64,000 nt of DNA from Flavobacterium sp. (GCF_025352425.1 NZ_JANXTI010000103.1:20964-84963); one strand, 5' to 3'. Positions 47,950 through 57,402 are shown, counted from the stretch's first letter. Program-made: numbers and translations. Notes: a model not told the origin generated them from the letters alone.

Positions 47950-48987
47950 CTGTTTCCAGTCAACTTCCTTTTTAAGTTGCGGCAAACCTGCATATAGCGA
48001 GATTTTTAATAAATTTTCTATCTTAAAATCATCTTGTTTGGCATAAGGAATGAAGCCATTTCTTTTCAATCTTTTTGCTAAATATTCTTGCTCAAATTGC
48101 CCTGGAGTTGGTATAAAAAAAGCTTTTTTCTGGAGTTTTGCCAAATCCATAACGGTGGTATAACCAGATCGACAAAGTACTATTTCACTTTGGTTAAAAG
48201 CAGCTTCAATTGCTGACGAAGTCATGAAATTATAGTAGGTCACGTTTTCTTCTTGCTCTATTTTTTGTTCGGATTCAATTATTCCTTTGATGAAAAGTAC
48301 GTTTCCGGAAAAAAGACGGACTTCATTTTTTAATTTCTGTTCCAAAAAAGTACGCTGCGGTTCAGGTCCGGAAAGTACAACCATCAAATCATATTTAATC
48401 GGTAATTCTTGTATCTCTAATCGGCTTAACGGACCAAGGTATTTCAGATTTAGCGTGTTATTCATCAAGTGACCAAGTTTCCCGGACAGATTAGGTCTTT
48501 CCTGTATATCCGGAATCCAACATTCTGTAAATTTTTTAATAAAATGTTGGTGCAGTTTACTCGAAATCCAAGTGGTTTTTCCGGACAAAACATTCAGTTG
48601 ATGTGTCATGAAAACGCTTGGTATTTTTTTGCTGTAAACGCCCAACCGATTGTCCGAAATAATGCCTTGCAGATTAAATTCAGCTATCCATTTTTTGACG
48701 ATTTTCTTTTCAGCAAAGATGGCCTCAATCATTTTTGGACTATTAGTAATAAATTTCCATTTGAAATCGGCGCCGTTTTTGGCATATTCAATTCCATAAG
48801 AAGGCAATTCCAAGGATTGTAAATACGGGAATTCTTTTTGAAGCAGTTGCAAAGCCGCACCATCCGAAGCCAGAATAGGAGTAAATCCATTTTTTTCCAA
48901 CTCTCGAATTATTGGAATACAGCGCGCAGCGTGACCTAAACCCCAATTTAAGGGAGCAACCAAAATATTTTTTTTTGAATTTTCCAC
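47923..48987 (-). CDS. MurG-like (GT28/GT1-fold) glycosyltransferase
   Basis: N-terminal NWGLGHAARCIPI motif typical of GT-B UDP-sugar transferases. Confidence 0.7.
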   Translation of the reverse strand: MENSKKNILVAPLNWGLGHAARCIPIIRELEKNGFTPILASDGAALQLLQKEFPYLQSLELPSYGIEYAKNGADFKWKFITNSPKMIEAIFAEKKIVKKWIAEFNLQGIISDNRLGVYSKKIPSVFMTHQLNVLSGKTTWISSKLHQHFIKKFTECWIPDIQERPNLSGKLGHLMNNTLNLKYLGPLSRLEIQELPIKYDLMVVLSGPEPQRTFLEQKLKNEVRLFSGNVLFIKGIIESEQKIEQEENVTYYNFMTSSAIEAAFNQSEIVLCRSGYTTVMDLAKLQKKAFFIPTPGQFEQEYLAKRLKRNGFIPYAKQDDFKIENLLKISLYAGLPQLKKEVDWKQLLVLFERE

Positions 48988-49073
48988 GTAGTGAAATTAC
49001 GGTTTTACCATTGCAAAGTAAAAAAGATTTCGGATAGTTTATATTTCCTTAATTTTACCAAAAAATTAAGTTT

Positions 49074-49748
49074 GTGGGAAGTAAGAATAAATTAAAGCGG
49101 TTTAAGGAAAACGAAACTTTTGAAAACGTTTTTCAACCAACAAGGGAAGAGGTTGTGAGCGAAGAATTTCTGCTAAAAGGAAAGTGGAATTCGGTTTTTT
49201 TCAAAAATGACAATCCAATAATTATTGAACTAGGTTGTGGCAAAGGCGAATATTCTGTAGGCCTGGCGGAGCGTTATCCGGATAAAAATTTTGTTGGTAT
49301 TGATATAAAAGGCGCACGATTTTGGCGTGGCGCGAAAACAGCTGTTGATAGCGGAATGTTCAATGTGGCTTTTGTCCGAACGCAAATTGAGTTAATCGAT
49401 TTTATTTTTGCCGAAAATGAAGTAGACGAAATCTGGATTACTTTCCCGGATCCGCAAATCAAATACAAACGCACCAAACACCGAATGACCAACTCGGAAT
49501 TTTTGCAGTTGTATAAAAAAATCCTGAAACCAAACGGCGTGGTAAATCTTAAAACCGACAGCGAATTCATGCACGGTTATACACTTGGATTATTACATGG
49601 TGAAGGTCACGAAGTCTTGTATGCCAACCACAATGTGTATAAAAATGAAGGCGCACCGGAAGTGGTAACGGCTATTCAGACTTTTTACGAAAATCAATAT
49701 TTGGAAATCAACAAAGCAATTACGTATATTCGTTTCAAAATCAAATAA
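49074..49748 (+). CDS. trmB: tRNA (guanine46-N7)-methyltransferase
   Basis: SAM-binding ELGCGKGEY and FPDPQ motifs. GTG start. Confidence 0.85.
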   Translation: MGSKNKLKRFKENETFENVFQPTREEVVSEEFLLKGKWNSVFFKNDNPIIIELGCGKGEYSVGLAERYPDKNFVGIDIKGARFWRGAKTAVDSGMFNVAFVRTQIELIDFIFAENEVDEIWITFPDPQIKYKRTKHRMTNSEFLQLYKKILKPNGVVNLKTDSEFMHGYTLGLLHGEGHEVLYANHNVYKNEGAPEVVTAIQTFYENQYLEINKAITYIRFKIK

Positions 49749-50375
49749 ATGCTATTTTTTTTGCCACTTGTTTTAGGTTTTTGCATTGCTTTTTTGGCGG
49801 TTATTCTTCCGGGTTTAATCAATATGACAGCAGCAAAAATCAGTTTGCAGGAAGGAAAAAATGAAGCATTAAGTTTTGCGCTTGGCGCTTCTGTCATTAT
49901 TTTTTTTCAAACCTTTATTGCCGTACTATTCGCCCGATTTATAAGCAATCATCGGGAAATTGTTTCCACGCTTCAGGAAATTGGCATTTTAGTTTTCTCA
50001 TTACTAAGCATCTATTTTTTCTGGATTGCCAAAAAACCAAAGAAAATCAAAGCACATAGCAAAGTCAAAGGAAAATCCAACCGTTTCTTTTTAGGCATGT
50101 TGCTGTCAACACTAAATTTATTACCCGTTCCATTCTATGTTTTTGCGAGCATGAGTTTGGTAGCTTCGGGTTACTTCAGTTTTGATAAAATACCAGTTTC
50201 TTCTTTTGTAATTGGTGTAGTCTGCGGTTCGTTTACCGTTTTTTACATCTACATCGTAGCGTTTAAAAAAATTGAAAAGAAAACCGAATTCCTAATGAGA
50301 AACATAAATACCATTATTGGTTCGGTAACCACTTTTATGGCGGTTGTAACACTTTTCAAATTGCTTTATAAATAA
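49749..50375 (+). CDS. LysE-type translocator-like membrane protein
   Basis: Six TM helices. Weak family assignment. Confidence 0.5.
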   Translation: MLFFLPLVLGFCIAFLAVILPGLINMTAAKISLQEGKNEALSFALGASVIIFFQTFIAVLFARFISNHREIVSTLQEIGILVFSLLSIYFFWIAKKPKKIKAHSKVKGKSNRFFLGMLLSTLNLLPVPFYVFASMSLVASGYFSFDKIPVSSFVIGVVCGSFTVFYIYIVAFKKIEKKTEFLMRNINTIIGSVTTFMAVVTLFKLLYK

Positions 50376-50698
50376 TGGAAGCTAACTTTTTTGAACGGGT
50401 TTATGCCATCGCGCGTCAAATTCCGGAAGGAAAAGTGACATCTTATGGCGCCATTGCCAAAGCTTTAGGCACCGCACGCTCCGCCCGAATGGTAGGTTGG
50501 GCAATGAATGCCTGTCATAATATGGATGATGTTCCGGCACACAGAGTCGTAAACAGAGTAGGATTGCTTTCCGGAAAACACCATTTTGACGGGACCAATT
50601 TAATGCAGCAATTACTCGAAAACGAAGGCATTACAGTCGTAAATAATCAGGTTGTCGATTTTGAAAAGCATTTTTGGCAACCTGCAATCCAGAAATAA
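50375..50698 (+). CDS. alkyltransferase-like (ATL) protein, MGMT DNA-binding domain without active-site Cys
   Basis: PAHRVV replaces the MGMT PCHRV motif (Ala55, codon 50537..50539). Only 107 aa. Confidence 0.8.
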   Translation: MEANFFERVYAIARQIPEGKVTSYGAIAKALGTARSARMVGWAMNACHNMDDVPAHRVVNRVGLLSGKHHFDGTNLMQQLLENEGITVVNNQVVDFEKHFWQPAIQK

Positions 50699-50770
50699 TT
50701 TTACAGGAACTTCTTTATATTCCGATAAACATTTTCAATTCTTTGACGATAGTTTCAACACAATTCGTAT

Positions 50771-50778
50771 TATCTTTG
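50771..50778 (+). promoter_or_regulatory. -7 box TATCTTTG for mrp-nifU
   Basis: TAnnTTTG match 49 nt upstream of ATG 50828. Confidence 0.35.
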
Positions 50779-50827
50779 CAATCTGTATTCAGTCTTAATA
50801 AAAGGCTGTAAACCATTAATTAAAGAA

Positions 50828-51964
50828 ATGAAATTAGATAGAAAAGAAATCCTTTCAGCATTGGAAACCATTACCATTGCCGGCGAAGGGAAGAATATGG
50901 TTGAAAGCGGTGCAGTAAAGAACGTACTGATTTTTGGCAACGAAGTAACTATAGATTTACTGATTGCAACACCGGCAATGCATATTAAAAAACGTGCTGA
51001 AGATGATATCAAAAAATTAATCCATGAAAAATTTTCAACGGAAGCTATTGTGAAGGTGAACATCAAAGTGGAAACGCCGACCCAAAATCCTAATGAAATA
51101 AAAGGAAAAGCAATTCCGGGAATCAGCAATATTATTGCGGTAGCTTCAGGAAAAGGCGGCGTTGGAAAATCTACAGTAACAGCAAATTTAGCCGTGACTT
51201 TAGCAAAAATGGGTTTCAAAGTGGGTGTTTTGGATGCTGATATTTACGGGCCAAGCATGCCAATCATGTTTGATGTTGAAAATGAAAAACCGATTTCGGT
51301 TGAGGTTGATGGCAAATCCAAAATGAAACCTGTAGAAAGCTATGAGATAAAAATCCTTTCCATCGGATTCTTTACAGCGCCAAGTCAGGCTGTTATCTGG
51401 CGAGGACCAATGGCTTCGAAAGCATTGAACCAGATGATTTTTGACGCTGATTGGGGACCATTGGATTTCATGCTAATCGATTTACCGCCAGGAACCGGCG
51501 ATATCCATTTGTCAATCATGCAATCATTGCCAATCACGGGTGCAGTTATTGTGAGTACACCACAAGCTGTAGCTTTGGCTGATGCCAAAAAAGGAGTTTC
51601 GATGTTTTTATCAGACAGCATCAATGTTCCTGTTTTGGGAATTATAGAAAACATGGCGTACTTCACTCCGGAAGAATTACCAAATAACAAATATTACATC
51701 TTCGGAAAAGAAGGTGCCAAAAACCTTGCGGAAGATTTGCAGGTTCCATTTTTAGGCGAAGTTCCACTAGTGCAAAGCATCCGCGAAGCCGGAGATTACG
51801 GTCGTCCTGCAGCATTGCAAACAGCATCAGTAATCGAAAAAGTTTTTGAGAAAATCACCAGAAATGTAGTTCAGGAAACGGTAAACAGGAACCAAAGTTT
51901 ACCGCCAACAGAAGCAATCAAAATAACAACTATGGCTGGTTGCTCAGCCGTTAAAGGAAAATAA
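50828..51964 (+). CDS. Mrp/NBP35 (ApbC) family Fe-S cluster carrier ATPase
   Basis: N-terminal DUF59-like domain and deviant Walker A SGKGGVGKST. Confidence 0.9.
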   Translation: MKLDRKEILSALETITIAGEGKNMVESGAVKNVLIFGNEVTIDLLIATPAMHIKKRAEDDIKKLIHEKFSTEAIVKVNIKVETPTQNPNEIKGKAIPGISNIIAVASGKGGVGKSTVTANLAVTLAKMGFKVGVLDADIYGPSMPIMFDVENEKPISVEVDGKSKMKPVESYEIKILSIGFFTAPSQAVIWRGPMASKALNQMIFDADWGPLDFMLIDLPPGTGDIHLSIMQSLPITGAVIVSTPQAVALADAKKGVSMFLSDSINVPVLGIIENMAYFTPEELPNNKYYIFGKEGAKNLAEDLQVPFLGEVPLVQSIREAGDYGRPAALQTASVIEKVFEKITRNVVQETVNRNQSLPPTEAIKITTMAGCSAVKGK

Positions 51965-51965
51965 G

Positions 51966-52205
51966 ATGAACACAGAAGAATTAACGTTAAACATTGAAAA
52001 AGCCTTAAACGAAATCCGCCCTTTTCTGAATTCAGATGGTGGTGATATCAAACTGGTTTCCATTGAAGATGAAAAACATGTTAAAGTGCGTCTTGAGGGC
52101 GCGTGCACATGCTGTAGTTTGAGCATGAGTACGATGAGAGCCGGTGTGGAAACTACGATTAAAAAGTATGCGCCACAAATAGAAACAGTTATAAATATTG
52201 CATAA
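51966..52205 (+). CDS. NifU-like (C-terminal domain) Fe-S scaffold protein
   Basis: GACTCCSLS CxxC motif in 79 aa. Confidence 0.8.
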   Translation: MNTEELTLNIEKALNEIRPFLNSDGGDIKLVSIEDEKHVKVRLEGACTCCSLSMSTMRAGVETTIKKYAPQIETVINIA

Positions 52206-52300
52206 TGGGCGTTTCCCGCCGCGGCGGGTCGGGCTTTCCGTTACAATCTTTTTTTCGTTCCTCAAAAAAGGATTTCCACTGCAATCCCTAACGCGGTCAA
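52203..52300. repeat. REP-like cluster (14-bp GC palindrome + two family C units)
   Basis: CCCGCCGCGGCGGG (52215..52228), GGGCTTTCCGTTACAATC (52231..52248) and GGATTTCCACTGCAATCCC (52270..52288). Confidence 0.75.
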
Positions 52301-52348
52301 ATGATTTATAGAAATAAATTTTAAACTCATTAACTAAGCTACATAGTA

Positions 52349-52364
52349 ACTCAGCCACTCAGAA
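52349..52364. repeat. micro-tandem ACTCAGCC/ACTCAGAA ending 1 nt before the start codon
   Basis: Seen directly. Confidence 0.6.
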
Positions 52365-52365
52365 A

Positions 52366-53418
52366 ATGATTGAAACAGATATACTGATAATCGGAGCCGG
52401 ACCCACCGGACTTTTTGCTGTTTTTGAAGCAGGATTATTAAAACTTAAATGCCACATTATTGATGCCTTGCCACAAATTGGCGGACAGCTATCTGAACTA
52501 TACCCAAAGAAACCCATTTATGATATTCCGGGTTTCCCGGAAGTTCTGGCGGGCGATTTGGTTCAGAACTTAATGGAGCAAATCAAACAATTCCAACCGG
52601 GTTTTACTTTAAACGAAAATGCTGAAACCATTGATAAATTAGACGACGGAACTTTTATTGTAACTACCAATAAAGGCACAAAGCATCATGCCAAAGCGGT
52701 TGCCATTGCCGGTGGTTTGGGAAGTTTCGAGCCCAGAAAACCAATCATTGATGATATTTCCTTTTACGAAGATAAAGGCATAGAATATTTTGTAAAAGAT
52801 CCTGAATTATTCCGTGATAAGAAAATAGTTATTGCCGGTGGCGGTGATTCTGCTTTGGATTGGAGTATTTTCCTCGCTGATGTCGCATCAGAAGTTACGC
52901 TAATTCACAGAAGGAATGAATTTCGTGGTGCGTTGGATTCGGTTGAAAAACTACAGGAATACAAAAAAGCAGGAAAGGTTCATCTAATAACTCCCGCAGA
53001 AGTTATAGGACTTAATGGTGCAGAACATTTAGAGTCTATTGATATTGATGAAAATGGCGCCCATAGGAACATCAAAACCGATTATTTTATTCCGCTTTTC
53101 GGATTGACACCTAAACTTGGGGCAATTGCTAACTGGGGATTGGAAATAGAAAAAAATGCCATCAAAGTCAACAACGCTTTAGATTATCAAACCAACATTG
53201 ACGGTATTTATGCCATTGGTGATGTAAATACCTATCCCGGAAAATTAAAACTGATTTTATGTGGTTTTCACGAAGCGACTTTAATGTGCCAAAGCGTCTA
53301 TCAGCGATTAAATCCGGGTAAAAAATATGTACTGAAATACACCACGGTTTCAGGAATTGACGGTTTTGATGGAACGAGAAAAGAAGCTGAAAAAGCGGTA
53401 GTAAAATCAATTGAATAA
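52366..53418 (+). CDS. thioredoxin-reductase-like ferredoxin--NADP+ reductase
   Basis: GAGPTG FAD motif and GGGDSALDW NADPH motif. No CxxC redox pair. Confidence 0.85.
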   Translation: MIETDILIIGAGPTGLFAVFEAGLLKLKCHIIDALPQIGGQLSELYPKKPIYDIPGFPEVLAGDLVQNLMEQIKQFQPGFTLNENAETIDKLDDGTFIVTTNKGTKHHAKAVAIAGGLGSFEPRKPIIDDISFYEDKGIEYFVKDPELFRDKKIVIAGGGDSALDWSIFLADVASEVTLIHRRNEFRGALDSVEKLQEYKKAGKVHLITPAEVIGLNGAEHLESIDIDENGAHRNIKTDYFIPLFGLTPKLGAIANWGLEIEKNAIKVNNALDYQTNIDGIYAIGDVNTYPGKLKLILCGFHEATLMCQSVYQRLNPGKKYVLKYTTVSGIDGFDGTRKEAEKAVVKSIE

Positions 53419-53982
53419 ATGCAACTTAACCATCCTGAATTAGTAGATCTTTTAAAGAAAGCCTATTCCGCCGAGAAGGCTGCTTCTTTTGCTTATCAGG
53501 GACACGCGGGCTCTGTTAAAGATGCAATTCAGAAAGCAGCCATCAGACAAATCGAACTCGACGAATGGAATCATCGTGCTGGCGTTTTACAAATCATGAA
53601 CGACTTTGATATTCCAATTTCCAAATGGTATGAAATCAAGTTTCATATTATCGGTAAAGTAATCTCAGGAAGCTGCTATGTTATAGGTTGGTTTATGCCA
53701 TTCTATTTTGCAGGAAGATTAGAAAGCGGAAATGTGTGCGAATATTTCAGAATGAAACACTTTTTTAATTCACTTGGAATTTCAAAATATGATGAGGTGC
53801 TATATGAAATGGGAATAAAGGAAAAAGAACATGAAGTGTATTTTTTGGAGCGGATAAAAGACAATAAAATGCTTCCTTTCTTCGAGAAGCTGTTTTCCTG
53901 GGGAACCAGTCAGGGATTCAATAATATAGATTTGGATAAAAAATATCCTGTAGAAAATTCCAGCCATTATTGTAAAAAATAA
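53419..53982 (+). CDS. ferritin-like di-iron carboxylate protein, unknown function
   Basis: Two ExxH motifs (DEWNH, EKEH), each preceded by a candidate Glu helix. Central hydrophobic segment VISGSCYVIGWFMPFYFAG. Confidence 0.5.
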   Translation: MQLNHPELVDLLKKAYSAEKAASFAYQGHAGSVKDAIQKAAIRQIELDEWNHRAGVLQIMNDFDIPISKWYEIKFHIIGKVISGSCYVIGWFMPFYFAGRLESGNVCEYFRMKHFFNSLGISKYDEVLYEMGIKEKEHEVYFLERIKDNKMLPFFEKLFSWGTSQGFNNIDLDKKYPVENSSHYCKK

Positions 53983-53985
53983 ACA

Positions 53986-54318
53986 ATGTCAAAAGACGTT
54001 ACCATCAAAATAACCGACCGCGAAGGTGTTACTCACGAAGTACAGGCTCCAACCGACATGAATATGAACATAATGGAGGTAATCCGCGCCTATGAACTTG
54101 CCGAAGAAGGAACTATCGGAATTTGTGGCGGAATGGCAATGTGTGCTTCGTGTCAGTGTTATGTTTTAAATGATGTTATTTCATTAGAACGGAATCCGGA
54201 TGAAGAAGCGATGCTTTGGGAAGCTTATCATGTAAAGGAGAACAGCCGTCTGGGTTGTCAGATTCCAATCACTTCCGAAATAGATGGTTTGGCATTGGAA
54301 ATTGCACCGGAGCAATAA
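53986..54318 (+). CDS. 2Fe-2S ferredoxin, adrenodoxin/putidaredoxin type
   Basis: CGGMAMCASC (Cx5Cx2C) plus a distal Cys in LGCQI. Confidence 0.85.
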   Translation: MSKDVTIKITDREGVTHEVQAPTDMNMNIMEVIRAYELAEEGTIGICGGMAMCASCQCYVLNDVISLERNPDEEAMLWEAYHVKENSRLGCQIPITSEIDGLALEIAPEQ

Positions 54319-54350
54319 TGTATCAATAAAATTTATTTTCACTTTATCAG

Positions 54351-55046
54351 TTAATCTGCGATTTTGCTTTTAGCTTTCGGCAGAATCCTTTCGACAAATT
54401 TTGTATAAGCTGTCGCTGAAGGATGCAGTCCGTCAGAGGCGACAAATTCGGGTTGGGCTAATCCCAATCTTGTTATATCAGTAATATTGACGAAGGTTAT
54501 ATTATTCGCATTGCAATAGTTTTCAGCGAAATTATTGTATTGGTCAATCTCTGCAGAAACCACTGCGTTTCCGTTTCCAAAAGGCGTGAAGGCATAGTCA
54601 GGTATGGAAACTACAATAACATTGTTTTTATCGCCTTTGGCTTTTTGGATGGCAGAAATTACAAGTTCCGGAAATTCCTGTTCATACAAACTAAAAGGTT
54701 TGTGCTGGTATTGATTGTTGACGCCAATTAAAAGTGTAACCAAATCGTAATCATTACCTGTAACATCAGCCACAAGCGCACTTTTTAAGTTGGTAGTCGT
54801 CCATCCGGTAACGGCGATTATTTTAACCTGAAACGTATCATTCGGATTCAGATATTTGGAGATGCTGTCTTTCAATTGAAATGGAAACCGACAAGTGGCA
54901 CAAACACTTTCGCCAATGGTATAGCTATCGCCGAGCGCTAAATATTTGTAGTTTTTGGGTGTCGTCGTCACTGCACGATCTGTGCTGCAGCTATTGAGAA
55001 ATAACATCACAGCCAGAAGAACGATTATGTTGTTTTTTAATTTCAT
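54351..55046 (-). CDS. SGNH/GDSL hydrolase family lipoprotein
   Basis: Lipobox LNSC, block I ALGDSYT, and C-terminal DGLHP. Confidence 0.75.
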   Translation of the reverse strand: MKLKNNIIVLLAVMLFLNSCSTDRAVTTTPKNYKYLALGDSYTIGESVCATCRFPFQLKDSISKYLNPNDTFQVKIIAVTGWTTTNLKSALVADVTGNDYDLVTLLIGVNNQYQHKPFSLYEQEFPELVISAIQKAKGDKNNVIVVSIPDYAFTPFGNGNAVVSAEIDQYNNFAENYCNANNITFVNITDITRLGLAQPEFVASDGLHPSATAYTKFVERILPKAKSKIAD

Positions 55047-55166
55047 TTGTTTAACTTTTTAGTATTAAAAGTTACGAAAGTAATGAAGTGTTGGTTTGGC
55101 AGAAGTAAAAATACAAAATGCCCCCATTTACAGGAAGCATTTTATGTTAACCTTATGTTTTTAGGC

Positions 55167-56345
55167 TTATTTAAAAGCGGGAATTCCCGTAATATCAGCT
55201 CCGGTAATTAACAAATGAATATCATGCGTACCTTCATAAGTAATTACGGATTCCAAATTCATACTATGACGCATAATTGAATATTCTCCTGTAATCCCCA
55301 TTCCGCCTAATATTTGACGGGCTTCACGGGCAATGTGAATTGCCATGTCTACGTTATTTCTTTTTGCCATCGAAATTTGCGCAGTCGTCGCTTTACCTTC
55401 ATTTCTCAAAACACCCAATCTCCATGTCAATAATTGCGCTTTGGTGATTTCGGTAATCATCTCGGCTAGTTTCTTTTGTTGTAATTGAAAGGAAGCAATT
55501 GGTTTGCCAAACTGAATTCTTTCTTTGGCATAACGCAAAGCCGTATCATAACAGTCCATTGCTGCTCCGATTGCACCCCAAGCAATTCCGTAACGGGCAG
55601 AATCCAAACACTGCATTGGTGCGCCAAGTCCTGATTTTCCAGGCATGAGGTTTTCTTTTGGCACTTTTACATTATCAAAAATTAATTCACCTGTTGCCGA
55701 CGCACGAAGTGACCATTTATTATGTGTTTCCGGCGTTGTAAATCCTTCCATACCGCGTTCTACAATCAAACCGTGAATTCTTCCTTCTTCATTTTTGGCC
55801 CAAACTACAGCAACATCTGCAAACGGTGAGTTCGAAATCCACATTTTAGCGCCATTCAATAAGTAATGGTCGCCCATGTCTTTGAAGTTGGTAGTCATGC
55901 CACTCGGATTCGAACCGTGATCGGGTTCGGTCAAGCCAAAACAACCCATGAATTCTCCTGTCGCTAATTTTGGCAAGTATTTTTGACGTTGCTCTTCTGT
56001 TCCAAACTTCCAAATAGGATACATCACCAACGATGATTGTACCGATGAAGTGGAACGAACACCTGAGTCGCCTCTTTCAATTTCCTGCATAATCAAGCCA
56101 TACGAAATTTGGTCTAAACCGGCACCGCCGTATTCTTCCGGAATATATGGACCAAAACCACCAATTTCGCCCAAACCTTTAATGATTTGCTTTGGAAATT
56201 CTGCTTTTTGGGCATACTCTTCAATGATGGGAGAAACTTCACGTTTTACCCACGCGCGAGCTGAATCACGAACTAATTTGTGTTCTTCAGTTAGCAAATC
56301 ATCTAAATTGTAATAATCCGGAGCTTGAAATAAATCTGGTTTCAT
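55167..56345 (-). CDS. gcdH: acyl-CoA dehydrogenase, glutaryl-CoA dehydrogenase-like
   Basis: ACAD fold motifs (GLTEPDHGSNP, YEGTHDIH). Start trimmed to MKPDLFQAPDYY. Confidence 0.8.
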   Translation of the reverse strand: MKPDLFQAPDYYNLDDLLTEEHKLVRDSARAWVKREVSPIIEEYAQKAEFPKQIIKGLGEIGGFGPYIPEEYGGAGLDQISYGLIMQEIERGDSGVRSTSSVQSSLVMYPIWKFGTEEQRQKYLPKLATGEFMGCFGLTEPDHGSNPSGMTTNFKDMGDHYLLNGAKMWISNSPFADVAVVWAKNEEGRIHGLIVERGMEGFTTPETHNKWSLRASATGELIFDNVKVPKENLMPGKSGLGAPMQCLDSARYGIAWGAIGAAMDCYDTALRYAKERIQFGKPIASFQLQQKKLAEMITEITKAQLLTWRLGVLRNEGKATTAQISMAKRNNVDMAIHIAREARQILGGMGITGEYSIMRHSMNLESVITYEGTHDIHLLITGADITGIPAFK

Positions 56346-56359
56346 GTGTCTTGTGTCTT
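56346..56359. repeat. micro-tandem GTGTCTT x2 abutting the gcdH start codon
   Basis: Seen directly. Confidence 0.7.
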
Positions 56360-56469
56360 GTTTTTCATTGGTCACATGCAATAGCCTATAGCTATGTCAT
56401 TTGAATATCTTTTACGAAAACGTTTGCAAAGCTAAAGAATCTTAACCGAAATTCCCAAGAATTAATATA

Positions 56470-56575
56470 ATTTTGGGAGCTATTTCCCGCTGTTCACTAT
56501 ATCTTTTCCTTTTAGATTGCTTCGTCCCTCGCAATGACAAAAAGAAAAAGGATGCCGTTCCCATCCGGGCTAGGG
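56470..56575. repeat. REP-like cluster (families D, B reverse, C-like)
   Basis: GAGCTATTTCCCGCTGTTC (56477..56495), GATTGCTTCGTCCCTCGCAATGACA (56515..56539) and GGATGCCGTTCCCATCCGGGCTAGGG. Confidence 0.7.
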
Positions 56576-57316
56576 TTACATCTTTAAATAGAAATCCTTC
56601 GTCAAAGCAATGTAATCTGCTGTATATTGATGACGGGAAGTTTCAATAATAAGTTCGTTTTGCTCGATTTCTTCTTTTTTGCTAAACGAAAAAGCTAATA
56701 AACTTCTTTTGATTTGCTTCGCCTGTTCGCTAGCGCTCGGGTCAATGATTGGTGTTCCTTTTACACGCGTAATTTTAAAAGGGAATAAGTTGCATTCTTT
56801 GGCTAAGCCAATAAATTTTGCCTCTTCTTTATAAGGAATAATCACAGAGAAAATGCCTTTTTCGGATAAAAGCGTCGAAGCAGCTTCTAATAATTCTTCA
56901 AAAGGCAACGCATCCTGAAAACGTGCCAAATCTCTTTGCTCATTTTTGGTTTTATAATCTTCACTATAAAATGGTGGATTGCAAATAATAATGTCATACT
57001 CGTCTTCGGGTTCATCCATAAATTCATCCAAACCGGCGTGAAAACAAAACAATCTGTTGCTCCAGGGCGAAGTTTCAAAGTTCTCGACGCATTGTTCAAA
57101 TGCATTTTCGTCAATTTCGATGGCGTCAATCTGTTCAGCGTTGCTTCTTTGGGCGAGCATTAAGGATAGAATTCCAGTTCCAGAACCAATGTCCAAAACG
57201 GAGAAAGGATTGTTTTCTATTGGGCACCATGCACCAAGTAAAACAGCATCAGTGCCAATTTTCATGGCACATCGGTCTTGGTTAACTGTAAATTTTTTGA
57301 ATTTGAAAGTTGACAA
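56576..57316 (-). CDS. SAM-dependent methyltransferase, tRNA1(Val) m6A37 methyltransferase-like
   Basis: LDIGSGTG SAM motif and the ICNPPFY N6-adenine methyltransferase motif. Confidence 0.7.
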   Translation of the reverse strand: MSTFKFKKFTVNQDRCAMKIGTDAVLLGAWCPIENNPFSVLDIGSGTGILSLMLAQRSNAEQIDAIEIDENAFEQCVENFETSPWSNRLFCFHAGLDEFMDEPEDEYDIIICNPPFYSEDYKTKNEQRDLARFQDALPFEELLEAASTLLSEKGIFSVIIPYKEEAKFIGLAKECNLFPFKITRVKGTPIIDPSASEQAKQIKRSLLAFSFSKKEEIEQNELIIETSRHQYTADYIALTKDFYLKM

Positions 57317-57402
57317 AACAATAGTTTTAAAATATAAGCCAATAAGACATTAAGTAAATAAGACTTAATGAATCTTAATTTCTTAATGGTTCAAAAAAAA
57401 GA

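Noticed and set aside
49067-49074. TAAGTTTG -7 box candidate overlapping the trmB GTG start
   Set aside because: The motif's final G is the first base of the start codon, which is incompatible with a promoter for this reading frame. It is likely a chance match.
50770-51219. 149-aa minus-strand ORF
   Set aside because: It is antisense to the Mrp/ApbC gene, whose Walker A motif and domain order are unambiguous. It also overlaps the mrp promoter box.
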